Source: Bacteroidota bacterium (GTDB lineage Bacteria > Bacteroidota > Bacteroidia > 2-12-FULL-35-15). Taken from it: a stretch of 62,214 nucleotides of DNA. Shown here piece after piece: positions 48,211-58,598 of the stretch. Positions within the stretch are counted from its first letter, which is position 1; each line of letters opens with the position of its first letter. Position numbers and translations under genes: made by a program. Below the pieces are notes generated by a model, which made no database searches, was not told where the DNA came from, and was given only the letters and a program-made list of their open reading frames with translations. The stretch lies in assembly GCA_052389695.1 (NCBI GenBank), contig JBQTHQ010000073.1, positions 1-62,214 of the forward strand, given 5' to 3'.

Positions 48211-49680
48211 TTATTTATATTTCAACAAACGAACAACAGATTTAGCACTTATTATGCCGGTAATAAACGCCCATAACCCGCAGGAGAATACCATGCATGT
48301 AAAGTTTATGAGCCAGTTAAAAGGCAGCATTTTGGAGCCGTAATTAATAGCAACAACGCCTATAGCAAACATTATAAAGATATTAATCAGTCTATAATTG
48401 ACTTTAAATTTAAAAATTCGCTGTGTTATGACCACATATAAAATAGCAGTTAAAAATTGTGTACTCATGCTGGATATAGCTGAACCAAATGCATTGTATT
48501 TTGGAATAAGAATATAATTGACGATCAGGTTAAGCAGCATTCCCGAAGCTGCAACATAATTCATCTGCCGCAGGTTTCCATTGGAAGTCAACAGTGTTCC
48601 AAAAATATATGTACTGGAAACAGCGATAAAAGTTAACATTAACAAGCCAAATATCCGGGAGGATTCCCTTAAATGTACTGCATATACTTCTGCTGATTCA
48701 TTAATATTAGGATATAACATTCCGATCAACTCTGTATTATAAAATAGAGATCCCACTCCTACTACAATGGCAGGGGCAATAAGCAATGTGCTGATCAATT
48801 TTACCAGCGGCTCCACTGATTCTTTATACTTTAACATGCGTGAAAACACAGGCATCAGCACCCCTGCCACTAAAAAACCAATCATATTGGCAGCATCCAG
48901 TATACGGAATCCCTGGGCATAGATCCCTGCCTGAACATCCCCATCAGAGAGCATACGCTCTATCATAACAGAATCAATCCGGTTCGAAAAAGACATTAAT
49001 AATATTAAAACGGCATAAGGAAGGCTCTTTTTCAAGATCATCAGTGAAAATGGCCAGTTCCAGCTTAATTTAAATGCATGGGTTTTGTTAAGGATAATTA
49101 AAAAAGCTGTTATTGCAGATAAAGAATAAGCAATGGTTTGCGCATATACAAAATACATAATGCCATTTTCGGTATAAAGTATTCCCGAGTTAAGCATGAT
49201 CACGCCTAAAATGATCAATATAGACCGGTCCAAAATAGAAATAAACCCATCTGTTTTAAATAAATGCAATCCTGCCAAACTCGAACGCAGGTAATTAATA
49301 AAAAATAATAAAAACATATTAAAGCCTTGTATCAACAATAGTTTCATTAAACGGGTATCATACCCTATCATCAGTCCGACAATTACAACGGTAATAATAT
49401 ATACTATCGCAAGTGCTATTTTTAAAGTAAATAAACTCGAAAAGTGTTTGGTAAGTAAATGATTATTTTGGGCTATGTTTTTATTGTTGAAACTGGTGAT
49501 ACCAAAATCCAGTAAAATAGTCAAGAGAAAAGAAAAATTGAAAATGGCAAAGTAAACACCATATTCAGCATTTCCAACCTGTTCCTGAACAGCTTTTTCA
49601 ATACCAAAAACATAAAATGGTTTGATCAATAAATTCAAAAATAAAATTAAACCAAGATTGGTCAGAAATTTCTTTTGCAT
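48211..49680 (-). CDS. Oligosaccharide flippase / polysaccharide biosynthesis protein (Wzx-like)
   Basis: NLLIKP, LLDFGI, RIDSVM and AGIYAQGFR; about 14 TM helices. Confidence 0.87.
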   Translation of the reverse strand: MQKKFLTNLGLILFLNLLIKPFYVFGIEKAVQEQVGNAEYGVYFAIFNFSFLLTILLDFGITSFNNKNIAQNNHLLTKHFSSLFTLKIALAIVYIITVVIVGLMIGYDTRLMKLLLIQGFNMFLLFFINYLRSSLAGLHLFKTDGFISILDRSILIILGVIMLNSGILYTENGIMYFVYAQTIAYSLSAITAFLIILNKTHAFKLSWNWPFSLMILKKSLPYAVLILLMSFSNRIDSVMIERMLSDGDVQAGIYAQGFRILDAANMIGFLVAGVLMPVFSRMLKYKESVEPLVKLISTLLIAPAIVVGVGSLFYNTELIGMLYPNINESAEVYAVHLRESSRIFGLLMLTFIAVSSTYIFGTLLTSNGNLRQMNYVAASGMLLNLIVNYILIPKYNAFGSAISSMSTQFLTAILYVVITQRIFKFKVNYRLINIFIMFAIGVVAINYGSKMLPFNWLINFTCMVFSCGLWAFITGIISAKSVVRLLKYK

Positions 49681-49717
49681 GGGGTAAAAATAAGGAAATT
49701 AAGACACGCGGGGTAAA

Positions 49718-51814
49718 TTACCTTGGATACTCTACACGAACGTGATAGATGTTCATGATCTTTTTCTTAAATATTTTTTTCAGGATATTGATGTCTTTGA
49801 AGGTAATATCTGCATTTACAAATTGATTCTGTTCAATTTGCGTATTGATGATCCTTTCTACTAAATTACCAATGCTTTCCACATCATATTTTTTCAAACT
49901 GCGTGATGCGGCTTCTACCGAATCAGCCATCATGAGAACTGCTGTTTCTTTTGAAAAAGGAATAGGTCCCGGATAATGGAACTTGGCCTCATCAATTTTT
50001 TCTTCCGGGAAAGCATTTTGGAATGAGCGGTAAAAATAAGCGGTGATAGATGTTCCATGATGCGTACGAATAAAATCAATAATTTGTTCCGGTAAATTAT
50101 GCGCTTTCGCGATCTCAATTCCTTTAATTACATGACTGATGATGATAGAAGCGCTTTCATCAAAGCTCATCCCTTCATGGGGATTCATTCCATTTGCCTG
50201 GTTCTCAGTAAAAAACATCGGCATCTCCATTTTACCGATATCGTGGTACAAAGCTCCAGTCCGTACTAATAAGGCATTTCCACCGATCGCATAAATCGCT
50301 TCTTCAGCAATATTGGCCACCTGCAATGAATGCTGAAATGTTCCAGGGGCACGTGAGGCAAGTTCACGTAATAATTTCCCATTGGTATCAGACAATTCGA
50401 GTAAGGATACATCGGAGGTAAATCCGAATAATTTTTCAAATATAAAGATCAAAGGATAGGAGAACAGGGTAAGCATTGCGCTTACTCCAAACCAGGCAAA
50501 GTCAAACCCGGTAATAATATCCATGCCACCTTCCTGAATGATTGTAATGCCAATGTATGCAACACTATATGTTAAAAAAATAAGGATCGCAGAAAGAAAT
50601 ATCTGGGATCGATTACGCATATTTACAATACTGAAGATAGCAACCATCCCTCCCAGTAACTGAACAAAAGCGAACTCAAAACGATTGGGCGCCAAAAATG
50701 AAATAATAAGCACTGTTACCAGGTGTACGAACAAAGCAACCCTTGTATCGTAAAACGCACGGATAATAATTGGCAGTACACAAAATGGCAATATATAAAT
50801 ACTAAATAGTTGTGAATTTACAGCGCTGCGTGCCATCAATACCTCCAGGATAATCAAAATGAGAATAAATGTGATCTTTGCATTGTCCAGGAAAATGTCA
50901 TTCCTGAAAAACATAAGAAAAGCGATCAGTACAGATAAACACATGGACACAATTAATAATTGTCCCAATAAAATAAAAAGGTAGCTGCCTGTTCCGCCTG
51001 ATTGTTCTTCATATTCTGATTTTAATGATTCCAGTACCTGGAATTTTTTGGCATCTACAATTTCACCTTTAGAAATAATACTTTGATCCTTTAAAATAAT
51101 ATCACGGGAGGGAGAAATGTCATCAATGGTTTGTTGAAGTACCTTATCGCTTGTGCTTTTATCATAAAAAATAGTATGCGCAATACCATTTTCCAATAAT
51201 GGCAAAATGAATTTTGTATCCACATCACTTTCATTTTTCTGAAGCTGCTGCTGCAGATAACTATAGGCAGATTGTATGGTAAAAAAGTCTCCCAGGTCAT
51301 GCTCTTCAGCCACATTATTGTACAATACATATATGGAATAATCAGATGGCTTATTCTCTATAATATCACCCGGCTCAATGATCCCTTTACTGTATAATGA
51401 GTCGAGGATTTTATTGGCAACGGCAAATGTTTTTTCTTTTACTTTTCCTGCCTTGCCGGCAGGCAGGTTATTTTTGGCATCAGTTTTATTTTCCCATCTT
51501 TTCTCAAAATCCAATATAAATTCTTCTTTTTTTGCTGCAACAATTGTATTATCTGACTTAAAATAGGGCTTGAAATTTTTTACCACATCCGTTTTCTCAG
51601 CGGCCAGTTCTTCATTTGATTTTTTAATGGCAAAATCAAATGGCGCTATCAGATCTTCATGATACCAAGGTTTTCCCTTCAGGTTTTGGAATTCATATTT
51701 GAATTTCCCCTGCTTTGGAAAAACATATACAATAGTAACAATGGCAATAAGAAATAATATGCCTTTATAAATTTCGGGATGGCTATGGCGAATAAATGAA
51801 ATGAGTTTTTTCAT
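49718..51814 (-). CDS. 7TM-HD (HDIG) phosphohydrolase, PgpH-like cyclic-di-AMP phosphodiesterase family
   Basis: 7TMR-HDED extracellular region; APGTFQHS, YHDIGK, THHGT, YPGP and ADSVEAASRS. Confidence 0.88.
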   Translation of the reverse strand: MKKLISFIRHSHPEIYKGILFLIAIVTIVYVFPKQGKFKYEFQNLKGKPWYHEDLIAPFDFAIKKSNEELAAEKTDVVKNFKPYFKSDNTIVAAKKEEFILDFEKRWENKTDAKNNLPAGKAGKVKEKTFAVANKILDSLYSKGIIEPGDIIENKPSDYSIYVLYNNVAEEHDLGDFFTIQSAYSYLQQQLQKNESDVDTKFILPLLENGIAHTIFYDKSTSDKVLQQTIDDISPSRDIILKDQSIISKGEIVDAKKFQVLESLKSEYEEQSGGTGSYLFILLGQLLIVSMCLSVLIAFLMFFRNDIFLDNAKITFILILIILEVLMARSAVNSQLFSIYILPFCVLPIIIRAFYDTRVALFVHLVTVLIISFLAPNRFEFAFVQLLGGMVAIFSIVNMRNRSQIFLSAILIFLTYSVAYIGITIIQEGGMDIITGFDFAWFGVSAMLTLFSYPLIFIFEKLFGFTSDVSLLELSDTNGKLLRELASRAPGTFQHSLQVANIAEEAIYAIGGNALLVRTGALYHDIGKMEMPMFFTENQANGMNPHEGMSFDESASIIISHVIKGIEIAKAHNLPEQIIDFIRTHHGTSITAYFYRSFQNAFPEEKIDEAKFHYPGPIPFSKETAVLMMADSVEAASRSLKKYDVESIGNLVERIINTQIEQNQFVNADITFKDINILKKIFKKKIMNIYHVRVEYPR
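51447..51467. repeat. 21-bp CCTGCC...GGCAGG mini-palindrome in frame within the 7TM-HD gene
   Basis: CCTGCCTTGCCGGCAGGCAGG; same family as 29967-29985; encodes LPAGKAG. Confidence 0.78.
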
Positions 51815-51979
51815 TATGGATAATTAGTTGTACGAAATTAAACCAAATTATGCAACTGAAACACACCGATTGCATAAACGATTAACAAAACAGAGGTTGA
51901 AAAATTAATCTGTAATGAATTTCGAAAATTCCATACCCTTAAGTTTAAGTATATTTGCAGGTATTATACTATACAAAAT

Positions 51980-52624
51980 ATGTTTGTGCGTTTAATTGAG
52001 CAGTTGAAAATACGTTTGCAACAGCCCTTGCCCGGAGAAGGAACTCAGTTTTTGATGGCTCCCATCACCCGGCAAAAAATTACGCCTGCGCTTATTGAGC
52101 AGCATTCGCCTATAAAAAGCGCTGTATTGATCTTATTGTTTCCTTCAAAAAAAAGTATTCATACTATACTTATTCAGCGAACAGAATATGCAGGTGTACA
52201 TAGCGCCCAAATTGCTTTTCCGGGTGGGAGGTTGGATGACAGCGATATTGATTTAAAACAAACTGCTTTACGTGAAACTTTTGAAGAGATCGGGGTTAAG
52301 GCTGAGCAAGTAACTGTTGTAGGGAAGCTCACAGATATTTATATCACACCCAGTAATTATTTAGTGTCGCCCTTTGTTGGTTATATAAATACAATACCTG
52401 ATTTTGTTATTGATACGCATGAAGTTCAAAAAATCATTACAACAGATCTATTTAATTTGAATAATGCGATGATCCGGTCAGAGAAAATGATCACTCACAG
52501 TGGCGGTAATCAAGTAAAAACCCCCTATTATGAAATAGAGGGTTTTACCGTATGGGGTGCTACTGCTATGATGATCAGCGAATTAAATGTGATAGTAGAA
52601 GAATCGAAAATTATTTCTTTGTAA
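51980..52624 (+). CDS. CoA pyrophosphatase (NudL-like Nudix hydrolase)
   Basis: SAVLILL, HSAQIAFPGG...ALRETFEEIG and WGATA. Confidence 0.9.
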   Translation: MFVRLIEQLKIRLQQPLPGEGTQFLMAPITRQKITPALIEQHSPIKSAVLILLFPSKKSIHTILIQRTEYAGVHSAQIAFPGGRLDDSDIDLKQTALRETFEEIGVKAEQVTVVGKLTDIYITPSNYLVSPFVGYINTIPDFVIDTHEVQKIITTDLFNLNNAMIRSEKMITHSGGNQVKTPYYEIEGFTVWGATAMMISELNVIVEESKIISL

Positions 52625-53399
52625 AATCCGTCATCACATTATCAAAACATAAATAATAATTTCCTTTTGAAAGGTTCGTAATGTTCAGATTATTTCCGTA
52701 GCCTTTTTTAATGACGTTTCCATAGGCATCGAATACTTCATACATAGTTTCTCCGGAGAATACAATATCACTGGTGCTTTTTGATATTGTATATGTTGGT
52801 AATCCGACAGTTGCAATAAATGTTACATTGTTGGATGCTTTAGAAATTCCACCATATCCAACCTGTTTTATCCTGAATTTATTTTCTCCCGAGTGTGCGG
52901 TTGTTTGAAATGAATAAGAATTGGCATCCATCTTCCCTGTGCCTTGTACCTCACCAACAGGGATCCATTTGTTCCAACGGAATTGCTCAACAATATAAGG
53001 CAATGAACCCATTTCATTTTTTGTTGTCCAGTTCAACAATCCTGTTTTATCAATATTGATAGTGATCACTTCAAAAGTTGCTTTTGATTTTAAGGCTTCG
53101 GGGTTTAAAACTTTGGGACTGCAATCATCTTTATGCTTGATCTCAACAATCACAGGGGTTCCAGGTTTAATTTGAAAAGAATTAAAGTCGATCTCAAATG
53201 CACTTGAATTTACTTCATCTGTTGATGTTTGTCCATTAACAGTTACTTCATACGTACAAAAACCAACGCCATTACCGGCATAACCGTTTTGAACATATAA
53301 ATTTTTATCCTGGTATTTGCCTTCCACTACTAGAATACCAGCTGTTGCACTATTAAATAGAGTGCAAACAATAATCGATAAAACAAATATTTTTTTCAT
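52611..53399 (-). CDS. Hypothetical secreted protein with a T9SS-CTD-like C terminus
   Basis: Signal peptide; ends YEVFDAYGNVIK...NLSKGNYYL...FTKK. Confidence 0.7.
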   Translation of the reverse strand: MKKIFVLSIIVCTLFNSATAGILVVEGKYQDKNLYVQNGYAGNGVGFCTYEVTVNGQTSTDEVNSSAFEIDFNSFQIKPGTPVIVEIKHKDDCSPKVLNPEALKSKATFEVITINIDKTGLLNWTTKNEMGSLPYIVEQFRWNKWIPVGEVQGTGKMDANSYSFQTTAHSGENKFRIKQVGYGGISKASNNVTFIATVGLPTYTISKSTSDIVFSGETMYEVFDAYGNVIKKGYGNNLNITNLSKGNYYLCFDNVMTDFTKK

Positions 53400-53511
53400 T
53401 TCTGCTTGAAAAATTTTAAATTCATCTACAAATATACATAATTAATCGAAAAGCTTCCAAATTTATTTCAAAATTTAACATAAATAATACAACGGTGATA
53501 TATCAAGGCTC

Positions 53512-53706
53512 TTAAAATAGTATATGCTTTAATTTAACGATACCATAAAGGGCAAAAAATACAAAGAGAATAAAGAGCAATACTTTATAGCTTCCCTTAA
53601 AAAGAGTACTATTTTTTTGTTTATCGTTACGATATGCCCAGGCAATCGCGATCACAAATCCCACAAAAAAAAGTACTGCAAAAATAATTTGTCCTTTTGA
53701 AAACAT
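53512..53706 (-). CDS. Small two-TM membrane protein
   Basis: MFSKGQIIFA...AYRND; two hydrophobic segments. Confidence 0.7.
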   Translation of the reverse strand: MFSKGQIIFAVLFFVGFVIAIAWAYRNDKQKNSTLFKGSYKVLLFILFVFFALYGIVKLKHILF

Positions 53707-53777
53707 GAATGATCTTTAAATGTACAAAAAATATATTTTTAATCTCCATATCGAAAGTAATAGATTTCACTTTTGAT

Positions 53778-54671
53778 TTAAAAAGCATACCCTAATAACA
53801 AAGAAGTTGATACTTTTGGATAAAAGGTATGAGCATTCTTTTCTTTATTTTCCTTTGAATACTGATTAACTCCAACAGAAAACAGCCACTGACAAATAAA
53901 GTTTTTATTAATACGGTAAATTACCCCATTATTAAACCGGTACCCATAATATCTTTCTTCGTGAATTATTTGTTTCAAATAATTTGTTTTTCGACCATAT
54001 GAGTCAACTGTTTCAATCGTAATTAATTCAGCATCGTAAGCTGTTCCCAGATCAAAAGCAAATGAATAAAAATAGGTACTTTTTTTATGTGCGTATGGAA
54101 ATACCTTATAATCAATATTAAAATATAATTTTCTATAATACCCCCCCGATAAAATTGTTGATTCCAATCTTTTGTACGTTTTCTCATCATACTCATCAGA
54201 AAATCCTGTATTGATAAAAACCCCAATGCCGCTTTTTCTATTCTTAAATATATGATCAATATTCAGTTGAAAATGTTTATTCAGAAATTGAAATGCATCC
54301 ACACTAATAATTGTTCTTGTAAATTCCTTTTCTTTTATAATATCAAAAGCAGGGTCCTTTACACAATTTATATAGCCTTGTTGCTCCATATCTATGCAAC
54401 CGTTTTTTAAAACGAATCCTAACACATCACTTCTAGAAACGGAAAATGTTGGCCCCAAGGTATCACGTGGATTTTTGTATTTTACATATTGATCTGATAT
54501 CTCAATAATTTTTGCTGCCTGTTTACTTCCATTTATAAACTTAATAGTATCATATCGCACTTTTGCTACTGCTTTAATAGTATCAGATTGTGCGAATACA
54601 TTATTACACAAAAACACCAAAATAATAGCCACTACAATGTTCTGTAATTTCAATTTCAGTAAGTATTTCAT
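53778..54671 (-). CDS. Hypothetical protein, possible outer-membrane beta-barrel
   Basis: Signal peptide; DTIKFING...EISDQYVKYK N-terminal domain; C-terminal LLLGYAF. Confidence 0.65.
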   Translation of the reverse strand: MKYLLKLKLQNIVVAIILVFLCNNVFAQSDTIKAVAKVRYDTIKFINGSKQAAKIIEISDQYVKYKNPRDTLGPTFSVSRSDVLGFVLKNGCIDMEQQGYINCVKDPAFDIIKEKEFTRTIISVDAFQFLNKHFQLNIDHIFKNRKSGIGVFINTGFSDEYDEKTYKRLESTILSGGYYRKLYFNIDYKVFPYAHKKSTYFYSFAFDLGTAYDAELITIETVDSYGRKTNYLKQIIHEERYYGYRFNNGVIYRINKNFICQWLFSVGVNQYSKENKEKNAHTFYPKVSTSLLLGYAF

Positions 54672-54847
54672 TGTAATATATACTTTTTAAAAACCTTCAT
54701 CACAAAAGAGTTAGTCGTAAAAATACAACATTAATTTTCTACCGAAAGAAATAATACCGATTAGTTTGAAGTTATACATTAAATATTGAATTTTTCAATA
54801 CTAGCATAAACACAGATTCGTATATTCGTAAACTCGTAATTAGTACT

Positions 54848-56953
54848 ATGTTCAAATTCAAAATAATTTTACTTATTGCATTAATTTGTGCTTCTGGCAA
54901 TGCTAATGCCGGCAAAATAACAAAGGCATATGAGGCGCTAAACATTTATAATTATTTCGAAGCCAAACGCTTATTTGAGAAATCTTTAAAAAGCGAACCT
55001 TCCGCTGCAGCTTATGGTTTGAGCATTATTTATTATCGCAGTGATAATCCCTTCTCCAACATAGACAGTTCATACAAATACATTATCAAATCCGACAATG
55101 CATTTCATTCACTAAATGAAAAAAAAAGACTCTTTTATTCGAAACTTAAGGTGTCACAAGTTACTATTGATTCTCTAAAAGGCCGGGTGCATCAAAAGGC
55201 ATTTGAATTATATAAAAGTTCTAACAGTATTATCGTATTAAATAAATTTATAGATAACTATATCACCGCTCCAGAATGTTTTGAGGCGATCGAACTAAGG
55301 AATCAGCTTGCCTTTGAGGAAACAAAAAAAACTGATACCTATGAGGCCTACCAACAATTTATTGATACGTACCCATTGGCAAAAGAAGTAAACGAGGCAC
55401 AGGAACGCTATTCTTCTACTCTTTTTAAATCCTCCACAAAAAACAATACCATAGAAGAATTTGAAAAATTTATTATCAAAGAACCTAAAAGTTCATTTAT
55501 AAATGAGGCGGAAAACTCTATTTATACATTGTCTACACCCAACGGAACTATTGCCGAATATCATCATTTTATAAAAAAATATCCGAACAATCATAATGTG
55601 GAAACTGCATGGCATAATATTTACACCATCTATACAACCGACTATACCACAGCAACGCTTCTGAAATTTAAAAAAGAACTTAAAGATTATCCTTTCCCCG
55701 ATATTCTTAACCAGGATATTGCATTGTCAAAAAAACAATTGTTGGCTGTTCGTGAAAATGAGAAATGGGGGTTTGCCGATAACACCGGATACATTGCTAT
55801 TCCTTGCATTTATGAATGGGTTGAAGATTTTTCAGAAGGGCTTGCAGAATGTGGTGTAAATGGCAAATCAGGTTTTATCAATAAAGCAGGCAAACTGGTA
55901 ATTCCTTTTAACTATGAGGAAGTGGAATCATTTAAATCTGGGCTGTCCATTGTTAAACAAAATAACAAATATGGCATCATCAATAAAACAGGAAAATTGA
56001 TATGTCCTTTTGACTATGAAGAAATTTCAGAATTTTCAGAAGGGTTTGCAACTGTTGCCAAGGATGGAAAGTATGGATATGTGAATGAAACCGGCAACCT
56101 GGTAATTGCTGTTAATTATACTAAGGCGGGTGATTTTTCTGAAGGGTTTGCATCCGTTGAATTTGGAGGACTAAGCGGTTTTATTAATACTTCAGGAAAC
56201 CTTGCCATTGCCTGCAAATATGACTGGGTAGACAACTTTAAAAACGGGCTTGCAAAGGTAAAATCATTAAAAAAATTAGGGATCATTAATAAAAAAGGTG
56301 AGCTGATATTACCTTGCGAATACGACCTATTAGGAGATTTTTCTGAAAATGTAATCATGGTAGTTAAGGAAAACAAATATGGTTTTGCAGATACGAGTGG
56401 GACAGTAATTATTCCCATGGAATATGATTATAGTGGAAAGCCATTACAATTTAAAAACGGTTATACAGTTGCCGAAAAAAATAAAAAACAGGGTTTGATC
56501 GATAAAACAGGTAAATACATTACTCCAAAAGATTTTGACAGAATAGAACCATTCAGCGAAGGCATGGCTGCCGTACAACGTAAAGACAAGTGGGGATTCA
56601 TTGATGCGAAAATGAAATTACAAATACCATATACATATCAAACAGTTGCCGATTTTAATGAATGTGTTTCCAAAGTAACTAAAAATGATATGATTGGTTT
56701 CATCAATCGAAGTGGAAAAACAATTATTGATTTTACGTTTGAAGAGGCAGACACATTCATTAACGGCTTATGCCCGGTAATGGATGAAGAAGAAAAAATG
56801 GGAGTGATAGACCTCTCAGGGAACTTTGTAATTCCATGTGAAATGGATGAGATCACACACGATACTACTGTTTTGAAATTTGAAAAAAATAAAAAGATCG
56901 CTTATTTTAATGCGCTGACCAAATCTTATATCTGGAAGGAAGAAGGATTTTAG
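54848..56953 (+). CDS. WG (KWG) repeat-containing protein
   Basis: About 9 repeats of K(W/Y)G(F/Y)I...G...IP..Y.....FSEG.A; helical N terminus. Confidence 0.9.
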   Translation: MFKFKIILLIALICASGNANAGKITKAYEALNIYNYFEAKRLFEKSLKSEPSAAAYGLSIIYYRSDNPFSNIDSSYKYIIKSDNAFHSLNEKKRLFYSKLKVSQVTIDSLKGRVHQKAFELYKSSNSIIVLNKFIDNYITAPECFEAIELRNQLAFEETKKTDTYEAYQQFIDTYPLAKEVNEAQERYSSTLFKSSTKNNTIEEFEKFIIKEPKSSFINEAENSIYTLSTPNGTIAEYHHFIKKYPNNHNVETAWHNIYTIYTTDYTTATLLKFKKELKDYPFPDILNQDIALSKKQLLAVRENEKWGFADNTGYIAIPCIYEWVEDFSEGLAECGVNGKSGFINKAGKLVIPFNYEEVESFKSGLSIVKQNNKYGIINKTGKLICPFDYEEISEFSEGFATVAKDGKYGYVNETGNLVIAVNYTKAGDFSEGFASVEFGGLSGFINTSGNLAIACKYDWVDNFKNGLAKVKSLKKLGIINKKGELILPCEYDLLGDFSENVIMVVKENKYGFADTSGTVIIPMEYDYSGKPLQFKNGYTVAEKNKKQGLIDKTGKYITPKDFDRIEPFSEGMAAVQRKDKWGFIDAKMKLQIPYTYQTVADFNECVSKVTKNDMIGFINRSGKTIIDFTFEEADTFINGLCPVMDEEEKMGVIDLSGNFVIPCEMDEITHDTTVLKFEKNKKIAYFNALTKSYIWKEEGF

Positions 56954-57828
56954 ATCTTGATTTTTTGTCCTAATCTTAAAGTACTTGTAGGTTTTATCTT
57001 GTTTTTCTGGCACAATGCTTTCGTAGTGGTTCTATATCTGCGAGCAATACCTGATAATGTATCGCCTTTTTTTACAACATGAACTCTACCTCTGGCTGCG
57101 GCTTTTTTAGCTTCAGCAATGTAATTGAAGGTTTTTTTACTTAAATTGAACGTGTCTGACACAAGCCGGTTCTCCTTGAATGAAATAATTTCATTTGGAT
57201 TGATGGGTTGTCCCAGATAACGAACCTCAAAATGCAAATGACTGCCACGCGAACGGCCGGTATTTCCACCCAAGCCTATTATATCTCCGGCAAAAATCTC
57301 CTGCCCTATTCCTACATTCATTTTCGACAAATGCGCGTAATAAGTTTCCAGTCCATTGCTGTGGCGTATCACAACCACGTTCCCATAACTTTTACTTTTT
57401 TTGGCGATACGTACTTTTCCATCAAATGCGGCTCGAACATCATCTCCTGTTTCCAGGTCAATGTCCACACCAAAATGATAGCGTCTTCTGCGAGGACCAA
57501 AATTGGATGTTACATTACCTGTAAACGGATGTACGTATCCACAACTATTTTTATCACATAACTCCATTCGTTTCATACTGTCTTTTAATGTTTCAATATT
57601 AAATTTTAGTGAATGAATATTGGTAGTATCCCAACCTGAATAAAGATCATAAGCAGGATAAGAAATCAATGAATCATCATAGTCCATCATTTCTTCTTCA
57701 TCTATCCCAAAAGGAATTGTATCGGTAATATTGGTTTCTTTTAATGAAACTTTATTAGTATCGCCCACACTTGCACCCGCCACATAGAATAGTAAAAACA
57801 AGAAAAGGGTAGAAACTATTTTTTTCAT
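56950..57828 (-). CDS. M23 family metallopeptidase with C-terminal LysM domain
   Basis: HFGVD, YAHLS and HLHFE; HVVKKGDTLSGIARRY. Confidence 0.93.
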   Translation of the reverse strand: MKKIVSTLFLFLLFYVAGASVGDTNKVSLKETNITDTIPFGIDEEEMMDYDDSLISYPAYDLYSGWDTTNIHSLKFNIETLKDSMKRMELCDKNSCGYVHPFTGNVTSNFGPRRRRYHFGVDIDLETGDDVRAAFDGKVRIAKKSKSYGNVVVIRHSNGLETYYAHLSKMNVGIGQEIFAGDIIGLGGNTGRSRGSHLHFEVRYLGQPINPNEIISFKENRLVSDTFNLSKKTFNYIAEAKKAAARGRVHVVKKGDTLSGIARRYRTTTKALCQKNKIKPTSTLRLGQKIKI

Positions 57829-58000
57829 GCGTATAAAAAAGAAAAATGTTGCTATCCGAATTCATTGTTGAATGCAGATTTACAAATATGTGCATTTTTT
57901 ATAAAAATGCAAGAGTTAAAGAATGTTAATACCGGAAATTATCTTCACAATAGAATGTTAATATGTTTCACAAAATTTATCTTTGTAAAAACATATTCAT

Positions 58001-58435
58001 ATGAAAACAGCAGAAATAGTAACAGGAAAAGGAACCATGAAAATTGAATTCTACGAACAGGATGCACCGGGTACCGTAAAAAACTTTTGTGATTTAGCCA
58101 ATAAAGGGTTTTATAACGGATTATCCTTTCACCGTGTGATACCGGGATTTGTATTACAAGGCGGTTGTCCGCATGGTACAGGTACAGGCGGGCCCGGTTA
58201 TAAAATCAAATGTGAATTAGATGGAGATAACCAGCTCCATGATAAAGGAGTGCTTTCTATGGCCCATGCAGGCCGTGATACAGGTGGTTCACAATTTTTT
58301 ATTGTAATGAGCCGTGCACAAACTGCCCATTTGGATAGAAAACATACTTGTTTTGGAAAAGTTGTAGAGGGTTTACCGGTAATTGATCAAATACATCAGG
58401 GTGATAAAATTGAAAAAATCATTATCCATAATTGA
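58001..58435 (+). CDS. Cyclophilin-type peptidyl-prolyl isomerase
   Basis: FHRVIPGFVLQGG, LSMAHAG, GSQFFI and HLDRKHTCFG. Confidence 0.95.
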   Translation: MKTAEIVTGKGTMKIEFYEQDAPGTVKNFCDLANKGFYNGLSFHRVIPGFVLQGGCPHGTGTGGPGYKIKCELDGDNQLHDKGVLSMAHAGRDTGGSQFFIVMSRAQTAHLDRKHTCFGKVVEGLPVIDQIHQGDKIEKIIIHN

Positions 58436-58444
58436 AAATAATGT

Positions 58445-58473
58445 CCGTTAATCGTTATTTTTTTACCACTCGT
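58445..58473 (+). promoter_or_regulatory. Putative LytTR direct-repeat site
   Basis: CCGTTAAT and CCACTCGT, 21 bp apart, upstream of TATGTTTG at 58507. Confidence 0.4.
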
Positions 58474-58518
58474 GTAATTTAATATGTAATAATGCAAATA
58501 CATGCATATGTTTGCTTC

Positions 58519-58598
58519 GAAATCAAACTTAAAGAAGTTAAACGTGCTTGAGTTTTTTCAAAAAGGGAATGGTAGTAGCAGCCATTCCCTTACTTTTT
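58519..58598 (+). ncRNA. Candidate small RNA
   Basis: Bounded by a -7 TATGTTTG (58507-58514) and an AAGGGAATGG...CCATTCCCTT-ACTTTTT terminator. Confidence 0.35.
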
